Shown here: positions 22,895 to 35,305 of the stretch, piece by piece
Layout: each line of letters begins with the position of its first letter
How positions within the stretch are numbered: position 1 is the first letter of the stretch
Position numbers and translations under genes: made by a program
The notes under the pieces: model-generated
Databases searched by the model: none
What the model saw: the letters and a program-made list of their open reading frames with translations, nothing else
What the model was told of the DNA's origin: nothing
DNA from: Nitrospirota bacterium
GTDB taxonomy: Bacteria; Nitrospirota; JACRHJ01
DNA: 64,000 bases
Direction of reading: 5' to 3'
Assembly (NCBI GenBank): GCA_963733375.1
Contig: CAVTDB010000003.1
Coordinates: 224,001-288,000, forward strand

Positions 22895-24068
22895 CTGCCT
22901 CGTCAGAAGAAAGTTCTGGCGCACGTACTCCCTCGCATTCCTCCCCATCTCCTCCCGTTTTTCCTTGTTCAGGAGGAGGTAGCGGATGCGCAGGGCCGCC
23001 CCTTCGGGCGTGGTTACCAGAAAGCCCGTGTGGTGGTCGACTACCTGTATCCTGATGCCGCCGGTGTTGCCGCCGATTACCGGCTTCCCCTTCCAGAGCC
23101 CCTCGGTCACCGTAAGCCCGAAGCCTTCCCGTATGGATTTCTGCACCACGATGTCCGCCACGCGCTGAAGGGCGTTGATTGTCCGGTGCGCGTCCGCGGG
23201 CAGGAGCAGGACGTGCACGTCCGGGTCATCCCCGGCCGCCTCCTGGACCTCGTGAAGGACCACCTCCCCTTCCGGGTCGTCGGTGGCGCCGCCGCCCGCT
23301 AAAACGAGCTGAAGGCCCGGCGCGAACTTCTTGGCCAGGCGGTATGCCTTTATCACCCCGACCGGGTCCTTGAACCGGTCGAACCGGGAGACCTGCACGA
23401 TAATCGGGCGGCCGCGGTCCAGGTTGAACATCTCGCTGACGCGGCTCAGCTCCTCTTCCGGCAGGTCCACGTTCTTTTCGGAAAGCGGGTCTATGGACGG
23501 CGGGATAATATACTGGGGGTGCGGCAGCGACTGCGAGAACTCGGCCAGGGAGAAGACGCTCGTATCGTACTGCGCCACGAACCTGCGGAGGTAGTTCCAT
23601 ACCGGCCTGTACGGCTGGGATGCGTCTATATGGCAGCGCCACACCCACTTCCCCTTGCGGTTCGGGAAGTATTTGATAAGCGGCGCGGGCTGGGGGTCGT
23701 GTATAAAGACGACGTCCGCATCTTCCAGTGCTGGCCCTCATCCTGTCGGCGTTTTGCTGGTTCGTCTTCTCGAACTCCTTAAGGAGCCTCTCCGGGATCA
23801 CTACCGGGTTCCCCTGCAATGCGTTATGAAAGCTTTTAGTGCACTGGTAGAAATCCTTTTCGCCGTTTATTACTTCCCATTCGGAAACAAAACCCAGCTC
23901 CTGCTGGAGCGGGATGAGCCGGTAAAGTATTTCGGCGACTCCCCCTCCCTCGCGGGTCGAGTTGACATGCACCACCTTCATCCCTTTCAAAGAAGCCGAG
24001 AGCTGCTTTAAATGGGAGATGGTATCCTCGCCCACCACCTTCGCGTATGCGTCAAGCAGCCCGCTCAT
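22826..24068 (-). CDS. treT: trehalose synthase TreT-type GT4 glycosyltransferase (frameshifted)
   Basis: HVNST..GGGVAEIL, WRCHID, PSIDPLSEKN, QVSRFDRFKD and QKSIREGFGLTVTEGLWKG. Confidence 0.88.
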
Positions 24069-24729
24069 TTTCTCCCCCCTCTGAAAAAAAACCGTTAAAG
24101 ATGTTCACAATTTTTTCCTTCAGTTCGGTCAGTGGAGATGAAGTACGGGTCCAGCCCCGCGAGCAGGTCGATAAGCGGCCTGAATTCATCGCCGTATTCC
24201 ATCAGCCATTCGCGGAAGTCGTCCACGCGGTCTTTCGTCCTTTTGCGCGCGTCCACGAAATGGAAAAAAAATCGACGACGGGGTCATCAGCGGCGCGGCG
24301 GCGGCCAGCTGGGACGGGTGTTCTATGGTCACGTCCGGTATCGAATATCACTATCTGTGAGCGGATGAACATGAACGGCCTGTCCGCATGTAAGAGCCTC
24401 AGCTTCTCGCTCTCCTCCAGCCTGTCCGAGGTCACCTCCACCACTTGCTGCCTTAAGTCCTCTAAGTCGTCGAAATCGGTCGGGTCTATAACGGAAAGCC
24501 TTTCCGCGAGCGCCTCGTCATGGAGGCCGTGCGCGCTCCTGGCCCAGTTCGCAAAGTCGTTGTTGTACTCCCGGAGGTCGAATGCGGGCCTCAGCAGCTC
24601 TCCCCAGAAATGGTAATAGATGCTCCCGGGGTGCACCGTCATAAGCTGGTCCCGGAGTTCCCTTAAGTTATGCGCGCGCACGCCGGTCGCGATGGCGGCC
24701 AGCGCGCAGTCTTTTATTGCGAATGCCAT
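24065..24729 (-). CDS. DUF5752-like protein (usual TreT partner; frameshifted)
   Basis: SIYYHF...YNNDFANW...LAERLS.IDP motif, with a second FFHF..A...DDFREW repeat in the shifted frame. Confidence 0.7.
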
Positions 24730-24849
24730 TCTCGCTCTCCTTTAAGTTCACGCCCTCCCCGAATGAGTTTAGTCTACGCCGCCTTTTTTAATTATACCCA
24801 ATTTTCCCCGCTTCCGCCGGAAGCCTTAAAGCGCGCTCCGAGGCTCCTT

Positions 24850-24878
24850 TTGACGCCGCATTATCGGGGTGTTAGACT
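24850..24878 (+). promoter_or_regulatory. sigma70-like promoter for the DUF72 gene
   Basis: TTGACG-17bp-TAGACT. Confidence 0.5.
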
Positions 24879-24927
24879 TTTTTAAGAACGGATTTGGTAC
24901 AGCAACGAGTGGGACTATTCATGCCGG

Positions 24928-25728
24928 ATGGTAAGGAGAGGCCGCGCGGATGCCGGGCGTGGAAGTAGGCGCGCTTCGGCAGGCGTCATAAATATTTTCG
25001 TCGGTACCTCGGGCTGGAACTACAAGCACTGGAAGGGCCCTTTTTATCCGGAGGGCATAAAGGACCGGGAGATGCTGGAATTTTACGGCCGCTCTTTCTC
25101 CACGGTAGAGCTGAATAACTCGTTTTATCACCTGCCGAGTGAGAAGAGCGTCGATAACTGGCGGGACGCTACGCCGGATAATTTTATTTTCGCCGTCAAG
25201 GCCAGCCGGTTTATAACCCACATAAAAAGGCTGAAGGACTGCGAAGAGCCGCTCAAAACGCTGATAGACCGGATGAGCGGTTTGGATAAGAAACTTGGCC
25301 CGATACTCTTCCAGACCCCGCCCGTGCTTAAGTTCGACCCCGGCAAACTGAAGGAGTTCATCTCGGTCCTGCCCAGGGGATTCCGCTACGTCTTCGAGTT
25401 CAGGAATCCGGGCTGGGTAAATGACGAAACCTTTAAAATCCTGGCCGATAAAAAGATGACCTTCTGCGTTTACGATTTCAACGGCTATTTTACCCCCTGG
25501 GAAATCACGTCGGACCTGGTGTACTTCCGCCTGCACGGCCCGGCCGGAAACTACGCCGGCTCATATCCCGACAGCCTCTTAAGTGAACTTGCGGCGGCTT
25601 TCAGGAAATACGCGCGTGAAGGGCGAGCGGTCTTCTGCTACTTCGACAACGACAATGCGGGCTATGCCGCTTTAAACGCGCTGACCCTTAAAGGCCTTAT
25701 CGAAAGGGCCGGGGCCCGCGCGGCCTAA
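24928..25728 (+). CDS. DUF72 (YecE-like) protein
   Basis: GTSGWNY, VELNNSFY, KASRFITH, LGPILFQ, FEFR, YFRLHG and YFDND. Confidence 0.9.
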   Translation: MVRRGRADAGRGSRRASAGVINIFVGTSGWNYKHWKGPFYPEGIKDREMLEFYGRSFSTVELNNSFYHLPSEKSVDNWRDATPDNFIFAVKASRFITHIKRLKDCEEPLKTLIDRMSGLDKKLGPILFQTPPVLKFDPGKLKEFISVLPRGFRYVFEFRNPGWVNDETFKILADKKMTFCVYDFNGYFTPWEITSDLVYFRLHGPAGNYAGSYPDSLLSELAAAFRKYAREGRAVFCYFDNDNAGYAALNALTLKGLIERAGARAA

Positions 25729-28700
25729 GCCGGTGACCAGCACGGCTACCGGGAAATCGCGGAGCGCGTCCTCAAGGGGAATCCAGGGCTTTTCTTCCCT
25801 GATTAATATCCCGACCGTCTCACCCGTTAAAATATTCCTATATTCCTTCACCGCCTCTGAAGGCGCCTCCACCGCCGTCTTCGCCCAGACGCCCGCGCCG
25901 ACGGGAGGGTCCTGTATCTCTGTCAGAGGGTAAAAAAGACGCGGCGCGATAACTACGGCAGAGTCTTCTTGCACGCGTCCTTGCGAAGGCGCAGACGTGG
26001 GCCGCTCGCGGCCCTTCCGCGTTCAGCTTCAGGTAGTCGCCCTCCTTGAAAAGCAGTTCCTGCTCGCGTCTGAATGACAATACACGCCAGGTCAGGTACA
26101 TTTTGATCCGGCCGTCTTCCATATCCGACATAATCTCGCGCAGGCCCTCAAGCGTCCCGGAAGGCTGGGCGAACAGCCGCCTAAGGCAGTCCAGCATCTC
26201 GCGGCGTTTTCCGTAATCCACCTGCCTCCTGTTGTCGGGGTCCACTAAATTGAAATTCCACAGCTCGTCGCCCTGGTATATATCCGGCATTCCCGGGCAG
26301 GTGAATTTCAGAAGCGACTGCGACAGGCTGTTGAACATCCCCAGCCGGGAAATTTTCTTATGGAACTGTATAAAGTCCTCGACGAAGATATTCTTTCTCT
26401 GCCGGGTCAGCGCATACCTCACGAAATCCACCAGCGCCTGCTCGTAGTCCGGGTTCGGGTTTATCCAGCTCATATGCACCTTGGCCTCGCGCGCCGCCTT
26501 TATCATATAAGCCGAAACCCGCTCCTCGAAATCCGCCATCTCCCGCCAGCGGTTCTCCAGGCGGTACGCCCGGCGGCCACGCGCCAACGAGCGTCTGATA
26601 AAACATATACTCGTCGTTCCTGCTTGGGGCCATTTTCCCGTCCACTTTCCTTTTCCCTTTTTCGTTCAGCTTGCTCCACCGGGCGACCCGGTCCCGCCAC
26701 TCGGCGGGAAGCTCACTCAGCGCCATAAGGCGCATCCGCACGTCCGCGCTACGTTTACTGTCGTGCGTGGAAGTTGCGAGCATGGAATGGGGAAACCGCT
26801 TCGCCCTCTCCATGTTCGCATGGTGGAACGCCTGGACCGAGACGCCGAAACGGGACGGGTCGCCTCCCACTTCGTTCAGCGAGACCAGGCGGTTATATAT
26901 ATAAAATGCGGTGTCTTCCAGGCCCTTGGCGGTAACGGGGCTGGTGAACTGCTGAAGCTTCATCACGAACCGGGCCGCCGACTCCTTGAAAATATTCAGT
27001 CCGGGATTCCCGCATGTCCGGAAAGCATCACGTCCCTTAAGAAATCGAACACGCTCACGTCCGCCGTCCGGGTGCGCTTCCTTGCCAGGTTAACCGCCCA
27101 GTCCACGTGCATCCTGTCTTCCTGGGTTATAACCTGCCCGCTGATATAGGTGCGGTAAACGGGGAAGCAGGCGACCGTCTCCTTTATGGCGTCCCGGAGG
27201 CTATTCAACGTGAAATCGCGGGTATGCCTGTCGGAGTCGGATATCCGGGAGAGCATGTTCGCAAGCACGTTAAGCTCGGAAGCCAGCGCCACCTTCATGA
27301 TAAGTTTTTTGCGCTCGTACGTGAGCATATCCCAGTCTATGTTATGGCCTATGAGACGGGCATAGACGCGGTCCAGCTTCTTCTCGGCGTCCTGGTTTAC
27401 GAATATCCCGTCAACTAAGCGCATGAAGTCGTAACCGGTCGTGCCGTGGACCGGCCAGTCCTCGGGCAGGTGTTCGTGTCCCGCCAGAATTTTTTCCGCC
27501 ACGACGTACCCGGGCTTCCCGCGGCCCTCTTCCAGAAGCATCCTGCCCAGCTCCGGCTCACCCGCACGGGCGGCCAATGATTCCGCGACCCTTTCCTGAA
27601 GCCGCTGAAAATACTCCAGCGGGTTTTGAAGCCCGTCCGGGTGGTCCACCCGAAGGCCCTGCACCTTCCCCTCGGCGATGAGCTTCAAGACCAGCTCATG
27701 GGTCTTCTCGAAAACCTCGATGTTTTCCGTCCTGAGTCCCGCCAGGTCGTTTATGTCGAAGAACCTGCGGTAGTTTATCTCGTCGGATGCTACCCTCCAG
27801 CAGGCCAGGCGGTACGCCTGCTTCTCCAGCAGTTCGTGCAGCAGGTCGAAGCTCTCCGGCCTCTCCGGGGAGCCTTCGTATTCCCGCATGTTCGCATCTA
27901 AGAACGATGCTATCTCGGCGAGAGGAAGAATAAACCTCCGCGAGCTGTTTCTTGTATATCTCCTTGTCCCGGTTCCTCTCCATCAGGCGCTGGGTATTTT
28001 TTTCCCTCTGCGCCGGGAGGTGGCCAAACGAAGTTATCAGGCTCTGAAACTCCAAAAGTACGGGGTTGTCCGGGCCAAGGCGCCCTCAAGCCCGTTTATG
28101 CCGCGGCCCAGGATGGAAGGATACTGCATCGGGTCTATGGGAAAACGGTGGTTCCAGTAATATACCGAAAACTCGCCCCGCCGGGGATCGAAGACCAGTT
28201 TTAATTCCCCCTTCTCAAGGACGTTCCCGTACTGGTCGTCCAGCACCGGGACATGTACCTTCCCCCGGAGTTCGGGTTTCCCCGGCTGCCAGTCTATGTC
28301 GAAAAAACCGGCATATACCGAAGCCTGCCCGTTCTCCAGCACGTCCAGCCACAAGAGGTTGTCGTCCCCCATCACCGCCATGTGGTTCGGCACCAGGTCC
28401 ATCACCTGGCCCATGCCGTGGTCTTTCAGCGCCCCCGCGAACCTCTCATATTCCTCCCAGGAGCCGATCTCCGGGTTGAGGGCGTTATGGTCTATGATGT
28501 CGTAGCCGTGCTGACTGCCCTTCCGCGTCTTGAAATACGGCGAGCAGTAGCAGTGACTTATCCCAAGCTCGCTTAAGTAGGGGACGATTTCGGCGGCCTG
28601 TACAAAACGGAAACCTCCGTTTAACTGGAGCCTGTATGTCGCGCGGGGATATCTCGCGCCGCAAGGCTTTTAAGCCTGTCCGCCTTAGCCTTCGCCGGAA

Positions 28701-30896
28701 GCGTTCCCCGCTCCTTCCGGAGCATGGACGAAAGCCTCGCCATGAATGCCGAGTCTTTCAAATCGTCTAAGTCCATCGACAGCTTCCTGAGCCAGTTATG
28801 CACCCCCCCGGTTCCAGGGAGGTTTACCTGGTCCGCCTCTTTTGTAACGTCGTCTATGGCGACGGTAAATATTTTGGACGGCGTCCTTGCCAGGTAGGTA
28901 TGGATGGCGAGGATTAAGTCTTCCGACATCTCCGGCACCGTCTTCGGGTCCTCCGTGCTTATCCCCTCCGGCAGAAGGCCCTGGTTCTCCAGCGCGACAA
29001 GGACCGACGTCCTGTCCCTGGCGCGCGCCAGCACCTGCCTCTCCCGCAGGTCGTCCGAGGGAAAGGCGTTATGCTCTTTTCTGAGGAGCAGGTCGCGTCC
29101 CTGCCAGTATCCTATAAGCGTCGGCAGGTCGTGCGTATCGACCACGACCATCGCCTGTTCCGGATACTCCGAGGGCGGCCGGTGCGCCTTCTCGTCCTGC
29201 TCCAGGTAGAATACGCGGTATGAAAATATCCCGTACTCCTTAAGGAGCGGCGGCAGGTAAGCCGGCACGGTGCCCAGGTCCTCCCCGATTATGAGGCACT
29301 TGTTCCTCTGGCTCTCAAGCGCCAGTATCCCGATTAAATCGTCAAGAGGATAATTGACGTAAGCGCCTTCCATCGCGCTTTTGTCCGCCGGCACCCAGAA
29401 GAGCCGGGTGAACGCCATGACGTGGTCGATGCGTAACGCGCCCGTGTTCTTCATGGCCTCGCGCAGCACTTCTATAAAAGGCGCGTAACCTTCTTCCCTC
29501 AGTGCGCCGGGGTTAAACGGCGTGAGATACCATACCTGCCCCTTGAAATTAAAATCGTCCGGCGGAGAACCGATATAACAGCCGTGTGCATGGACGTGCT
29601 GATCCACCCAGGTGTCCGAGCCGTTATGGTAACAGCCGACGGCAAGGTCCTGATAAAGCCCCACGCCGAGCCCCATCTCCATGGAGCGCATGCCCGCCAT
29701 TTCAAGCTGCGCGTGCGCCTGCCACTGCATATACTCGAAATATTCGACCCTCTCCAGGTTCTCTTCCGCGAATTTCTTAACCGCGTCCGAGGAAGGGTCC
29801 CGGTACTCTAGAGGCCAGTCTTTCCAACCGTCCACTTCCGGGTGTTCGAAGATGAACTTTTCGTTTAACGCATCGAACAGGCAGTGCCGAAACAGTTTTT
29901 CGCCCCTGGCGCGCTGGAATTCCCTGAAGGCTTCCGCCGCTTGGAGTCCCGGCATTTAAATGGCCCTGCCCTGAACTGCCGGTACAGCAACTCCAGCATG
30001 GAAAGCTTCGCCTGATAGACCCCGGCATTGTCGAGCATGTCGGATTCCCGGAGCTGGCGGAGCTTCGCCTGGAAATCGGGTGACGAAAAAAGCTCACCGC
30101 GCATCGATGCTTTCGTTAAACTCCTGCACGGCCTCGACGTCTATATACATCACGTTCAAAAACAGCCTGGACGACGGCCCGTATGGGCTTGCCCTTTCCG
30201 GCTTGTGCGGGTACATGGCGTGAAGCGGGTTCACTCCGACCATCGCCGCGCCTTGTCCAGCCCATATTTCGATGAACTCCTTCAGGTCGGTAAAATCGCC
30301 GATGCCCCAGTTGCGTTTGGACTTAAGCGCATAGAGCTGCGTGGAGACGCCCCAGATTTTCCCGTCGCCTTTTAAAGCGTCCGGCAAATAACATGCGGGC
30401 GGTGTTACTATTATCCGGCACCGGCCTTGTTCCTCGCCTTCCTCATCGCTTATATAAAAATCGTGATAGCCTGCCGGGGCCTGTGCGTCGATTTCCAGTA
30501 TGTAGCGGTAATAGTTTTTCCCGCCTGCCTTCCGGATTTCGACAGGCTCGGATGCGAGAGGGCTGAAAATGCCATCAAAGCTCTCGCCCCCCTCAAGCTG
30601 GAAACGCCATTTTAACGGCCGCTCCCGCATATCCTCCTGGAGCGTCACCGTCACGGATATTTTCTGGTTTATCTTGATTACCTGGACGGGCGGAACGGTC
30701 TTCAGCCACGGGCGGTTTTCCATTCTTCCAGCGCCTTGTCCAGGTCTTCCGGGGAATTAACAGGGTAGCCCATGCAGGCCAGGACCGAAGCTTGAGTCTC
30801 CTCGGAAACCGCGTGGAGGTTGCCCCAGATGTCCCAGTACTCGAGGTTTATCCCGCAAAGCCCGGAGAGTTTTCTAAGCTTGTCATTGTCCAGCAT
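25672..30896 (-). CDS. fused 4-alpha-glucanotransferase (MalQ, GH77) and malto-oligosyltrehalose synthase (TreY, GH13); multiple frameshifts
   Basis: MalQ motifs (WGIGDF, SPYGPSSR, DLAVG, RIDH, GEDLG, THDLPT) run via IP(R)ATYRLQL into TreY motifs (HGYD, DLVPNHM, INYRRFFDI, GLRVDHPDGL, TSTHDSKRS, LVDPDNRR). No separate treY start or RBS is visible. Confidence 0.8.
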
Positions 30897-32754
30897 CAGG
30901 TCAGCCCCCCCGGCGTTATGGCCTCATTTTCCAAGGAACCAGGCGACCGACCATCGGCGGCATCCTGCCCGAATTCATCTCTTCGATGAGTCCGCACTCC
31001 GACAGGCGCAGCGGCGGATAGCCGGGGAACTCGGGTACGTTTGAGTCCTCCTGCCCCAGGTTGGCGAACGAGGGTAAGCATGCTTCCGTCGTTTAACGTC
31101 CACCAGGCCTTGAAGGCCGTGTCCCCCTGCATTTCGAAACCTGCCCCGTCCACCTTCACGCCTTTGAGTCTTGGAACGATTTCCTTCTTACGGGTTTCTA
31201 TCAGCTCCTTATGCAGCTTATGCCAGAGCGCGTGCTCCGGCTCCGAGAGTTGTTTAAAGTCCAGTATTGCCGACTGGAATGTCCTTTCGTCGGACGGGTC
31301 CGGCATGTCGTCCAAGTTATAGCGCTCCTTGAACATCGGCAGGTCGATGAAGAATTTCAGTCGCCCGTCGGAAATCGCCGGGGCCAGTTCCGGAGATAAA
31401 TCGCTGAAGAACGGGAACGGGCTGTCCGTCATGAACTCCTGGCCCATGAAGATTAGCGGCGGCGCGGGTGAAAGGAGCAGTATCTCCGTTATCGCCCCGA
31501 GCGCCTCCGGCTTTGCCAGCATATTAATGCGGTCGCCCAGCGGCCGGTTACCCACCTGGTCGTGGTTCTGGATAAACGCGACAAACGAAGAAGAATACAA
31601 CTCCCCCGTTTCGCCTCCCCGGTTCTTCTTCCTGTACTCGGACCATTCCCCCTGGTATGCGTAGCCTTCCGTCAGGCTCTTTGCAAGGAAGTAAACCGGC
31701 TTCTCCCTGTAGTCATGGTAATAACCGCTTGTCTCTGTCGTGGCCGACACATGCAGGCAGTGGTGGAGGTCTTCATCCCACATAGCGTTATACAGCCTGG
31801 GCCGCCCCTTATCGTCGCGGCGGAGGTACTCTACCGGGTTGTCGTCGTTCTCCAGTACCAGGTGCTTCCCATATCCCAGGCGTTCACGTATGGTCTTTGC
31901 CATCTCCGTCAAGGAAGTCCGGGCGCGTTTCGTCTATCAGCCAGTCGCTTGCGTCGAACCTTAAGCCGTCGAAGTTATATTCGGTCAGCCAGTAAAGGGC
32001 GTTATTGATAAAGAAGTCCCTGACGGTGCGGCTTCCTTCGCCGTCGAAGTTTATGGCGTCACCCCACGGGGTCTTGTGGCGGCTGGTGAAGAACTGCGGC
32101 GCGTAGAGGTGCAGGCAGTTTCCAAGCGGGCCGAAGTGGTTGTAGACGACGTCCAGAAAGACCATGAGCCCCCGCGCGTGCGCTTCGCAGATCAGGGACT
32201 TCAAACTCTCCGGATGGCCGTAAGTGTCTTCCGGCGCGAACGGGAGCACTCCGTCATAGCCCCAGTTCCTGCGGCCCGGGAAAGCTGTTGAGCGGCATCA
32301 TCTGGATGGCGGTCACTCCCAGGTCCGCTATGTAATCGAGGCGGCCCATGAGCGAATCGAACGTCCCGCGCGGCGTGCACGTGCCGACGTGCAGCTCGTA
32401 GAATATCGCCTCTTCCCACGGCCTGCCTTGCCACTCTGTGTCCGTCCAATCAAATATTTCAGGGTCTATTATCTGGCTCGGGCCCAGCGCGTCCTCCGGC
32501 TGGAAACGGGACGCGGGGTCGGGCGCCAGGGTATCGCCGTTTATCCTGTACCAGTACAGCATGCCGTGGCGGGCTTCATCGTTCCTTGTCCCCCGCCAGC
32601 CGCCGCCCAGGTCGTCCATCTCGAAGAATTTTTTTCCCAGGCCGTGCTGGAGGCAAAGCTCCACTTTTTTTGCCGCCGGCGCCCACAGCCTGAACTCGGC
32701 CCCTCCCCCGGGCAGGACGCTTGCCCCGAACTTCATCTCGTGTCTGCGCTTCAT
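30896..32754 (-). CDS. treZ: malto-oligosyltrehalose trehalohydrolase (frameshifted)
   Basis: FRLWAP, PDPASRFQP, YELHVG, DVVYNHFGP, GLRFDA and QNHDQVGNR. Confidence 0.9.
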
Positions 32755-34931
32755 CCTTTGGCTTTACCGTTTACCTCCGGTACTTCCGGCTCGGCGGGGG
32801 ATATCAGAAGCGCAAGAGAGCGCGCCTTCAGGAGATAGGAATCTCCCTGCCTGCATACGTCGTTTCCGTCAATGCCGAGCGGGTTATCCGTATCGATTAA
32901 GGGTACCCAGTTATTCCGGAGCGGGTAGCCCGGTATCGTGAACGGGATGTCCTCGTGATGTGCATTGATGAGGAGCAGGAAGTCGTCGTCCTTGATGGGG
33001 TTTCCATGCTCGTCCCTCTCGTTGGGGGCCTTGCCGGCGAGATACATCCCCAGGCTGCGCGCGAAACCGTCGTTCCACTGCTCTTCCGTCATCTCAAGGC
33101 CGTCCGGGTTCAGCCACATTATGTCCTTCACGTCCTCGCCCCGGATCTTCCTGCCCTGGAAGAAGTGCCCTTTACGGAAGGTCGGATGTTCCTTGACCAC
33201 CCGGATAAGCGTCTTAGTAAACTCCAGTATCCGGCGGCTGTTTTCATCCAGTTTCCAGTTAATCCATGAGAGGTCGCTGTCCTGGCAGTAGGTGTTGTTG
33301 TTACCCTGCTTGGTATGGTTTATCTCGTCTCCGTGATGCACCATGGGGATGCCCTGCGATAGAAGAAGCGTGGCCAGGAAGTTCCGCTTCTGCTTCTCCC
33401 TGAGGGCGTTTATCTCCGGGTCATCCGTCGGCCCCTCGGCCCCGCAGTTCCAGCTCTGGTTATTGTTATCCCCGTCCTGGTTGTCGTCTTTGTTAGCCTC
33501 GTTGTGCTTATCGTTATAGCTGACAAGGTCATTCAGACAGAAGCCGTCGTGCGCGGTAATGAAGTTCACGCTGGCGAACGGCCGTCTCCCGTCGCGCTCG
33601 TAGAGGTCGGACGAGCCGGTTACCCTGTAGGCCAGCTCTCCTATCTTGCCCCCGTCCCCTTTCCAGAACGAGCGTATGCAGTCGCGGTATTTCCCGTTCC
33701 ATTCCGCCCAGCCCCCCGGGAAGTTCCCCACCATGTAGCCGCCCTCGCCGATGTCCCACGGCTCGGCTATGAGCTTTGCCTGGGAGAGGACAGGGTCCTG
33801 GTTTATGATGTCGAAAAACGCGCCCAGCTTGTCCACGTCGTGCAGCTCCCTGGCCAGCGCGGCGGCCAGGTCGAACCTGAACCCGTCCACGTGCATCTCC
33901 AGCACCCAGTACCTTAAGGAATCCATTATAAGCTTCAGCGCCATCGGCTGGGTCATGTTAAGCGTATTCCCGGTACCCGTGTAGTCCATATAGAAGCGCT
34001 TATCGTCTTCCATCAGGCGGTAGTAATTGAAGTTGTCCATGCCCTTGAAGCAGAGCGTCGGGCCCATCTGGTTCCCTTCGGCGGTATGGTTGTAAACCAC
34101 GTCTAAAATTACCTCCAGCCCGGCCGAATGGAGCCTTTGCACCATCTCCTTGAACTCACGCGGGTCGCCAGACGACGAGTAGCGGCGTTCCGGGGCGAAG
34201 TACCCGATGGAATCGTAGCCCCAGTAGTTCTTCAGTCCTTTATCGAGCAGGTTCCTGCTGTCCACGAAGGCATGCACCGGCATAAGCTCCACGGTGGTGA
34301 TGCCCAACTCCTCGAAGTATTTGAGCATGGGGTCCGAGGCCAGCCCCGAATACGTGCCGCGTATATTTTTAGGCACATCCGGATGCTTGATAGTCATCCC
34401 GCGCACGTGGGTTTCGTAGATTACGGTGTCCTTCCAGGGAATTTTAAGCAGCTGGTCTTTCTTCCAGTCGAACGACTGGTCGATGACCTTGCATTTGGGC
34501 ATGTCCGGCGCGCTGTCGCGCTGGTCGAACGAGAGGTCGTCCTTGCCGATCTCATAGCCGAAGCAGGCGTCCGTCATCTTGAACTCGCCCTCTATCGCCT
34601 TGGCGCAAGGGTCCAGCAGCAGCTTGTTCGGGTTGAACCTGTGGCCGTTATTCGGCTCGTACGGCCCGGATATGCGGTAGCCGTAAAGCGTACCCGGCTT
34701 TAGTTCGGGGATGTAGCAGTGCCAGACGAGGTCGAGGCGCTCGATGAACTTTATTCGCTGGGTTCCGAGTCCCGTTTCCGGGTCGAAAAGACATAGCTCC
34801 ACCTTCTCCGCATTCTCCGAAAAGACGGCAAAATTTACGCCTTTACCGTCCCATGTGGCCCCCAGGGGATACGGATTTCCGGGATATATTTCCAGGTCCG
34901 GTTTTTTGCCCTGCGCCTGTGCCTTTTTCAT
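32751..34931 (-). CDS. glgX: glycogen debranching enzyme / isoamylase
   Basis: PYPLGATWDG, NYWGY, DVVYNHTAEG, DGFRFDLA, AEPWD, NFITAHDGF and GNNNTYCQD. Confidence 0.97.
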   Translation of the reverse strand: MKKAQAQGKKPDLEIYPGNPYPLGATWDGKGVNFAVFSENAEKVELCLFDPETGLGTQRIKFIERLDLVWHCYIPELKPGTLYGYRISGPYEPNNGHRFNPNKLLLDPCAKAIEGEFKMTDACFGYEIGKDDLSFDQRDSAPDMPKCKVIDQSFDWKKDQLLKIPWKDTVIYETHVRGMTIKHPDVPKNIRGTYSGLASDPMLKYFEELGITTVELMPVHAFVDSRNLLDKGLKNYWGYDSIGYFAPERRYSSSGDPREFKEMVQRLHSAGLEVILDVVYNHTAEGNQMGPTLCFKGMDNFNYYRLMEDDKRFYMDYTGTGNTLNMTQPMALKLIMDSLRYWVLEMHVDGFRFDLAAALARELHDVDKLGAFFDIINQDPVLSQAKLIAEPWDIGEGGYMVGNFPGGWAEWNGKYRDCIRSFWKGDGGKIGELAYRVTGSSDLYERDGRRPFASVNFITAHDGFCLNDLVSYNDKHNEANKDDNQDGDNNNQSWNCGAEGPTDDPEINALREKQKRNFLATLLLSQGIPMVHHGDEINHTKQGNNNTYCQDSDLSWINWKLDENSRRILEFTKTLIRVVKEHPTFRKGHFFQGRKIRGEDVKDIMWLNPDGLEMTEEQWNDGFARSLGMYLAGKAPNERDEHGNPIKDDDFLLLINAHHEDIPFTIPGYPLRNNWVPLIDTDNPLGIDGNDVCRQGDSYLLKARSLALLISPAEPEVPEVNGKAKG

Positions 34932-35070
34932 GGCGGAATACCCTCTATTTAATGAATAGTTAAGGACTTGCCACGGACTTAGGCTAAGCGTGCTCTTTTG
35001 GTTGGGTCGGTTTAAGAAAATTATAGCATAGATAAGATTTTCCCGTCATCGGGCCCACGTGTCCGAAAAT

Positions 35071-35232
35071 TGCCTAATATTTAATCACAATAACCTCGAA
35101 AGCCGATTTATTGCGCATACAAATCTATACACCAGTCTTTACCAAGCACACATTATAGGCAATATTTTTGCTGATTAATCAGCGTATTAGCGCTTAAAAA
35201 CGAAAAATGCGGGATATGGCATGAGTCTTGTA
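35071..35232 (+). promoter_or_regulatory. sigma54 promoter with upstream degenerate NtrC-type sites
   Basis: TGGCATGAGTCTTGTA at 35217-35232. 17-mers resembling TGCAC-N7-GTGCA at 35071, 35101 and 35145. Confidence 0.6.
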
Positions 35233-35305
35233 AAGCTAATAATCAGGAAGCGCATTCAGCGCGAGTCAGTTGTTTGGGATTCTTTTTACTTAGAGAGGAG
35301 AAGGG

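Noticed and set aside
34950-35000. Possible sigma54 promoter for glgX (TGGCAAGTCCTTAACT, minus strand)
   Set aside because: The -12 element does not match TTGC or TTGT.
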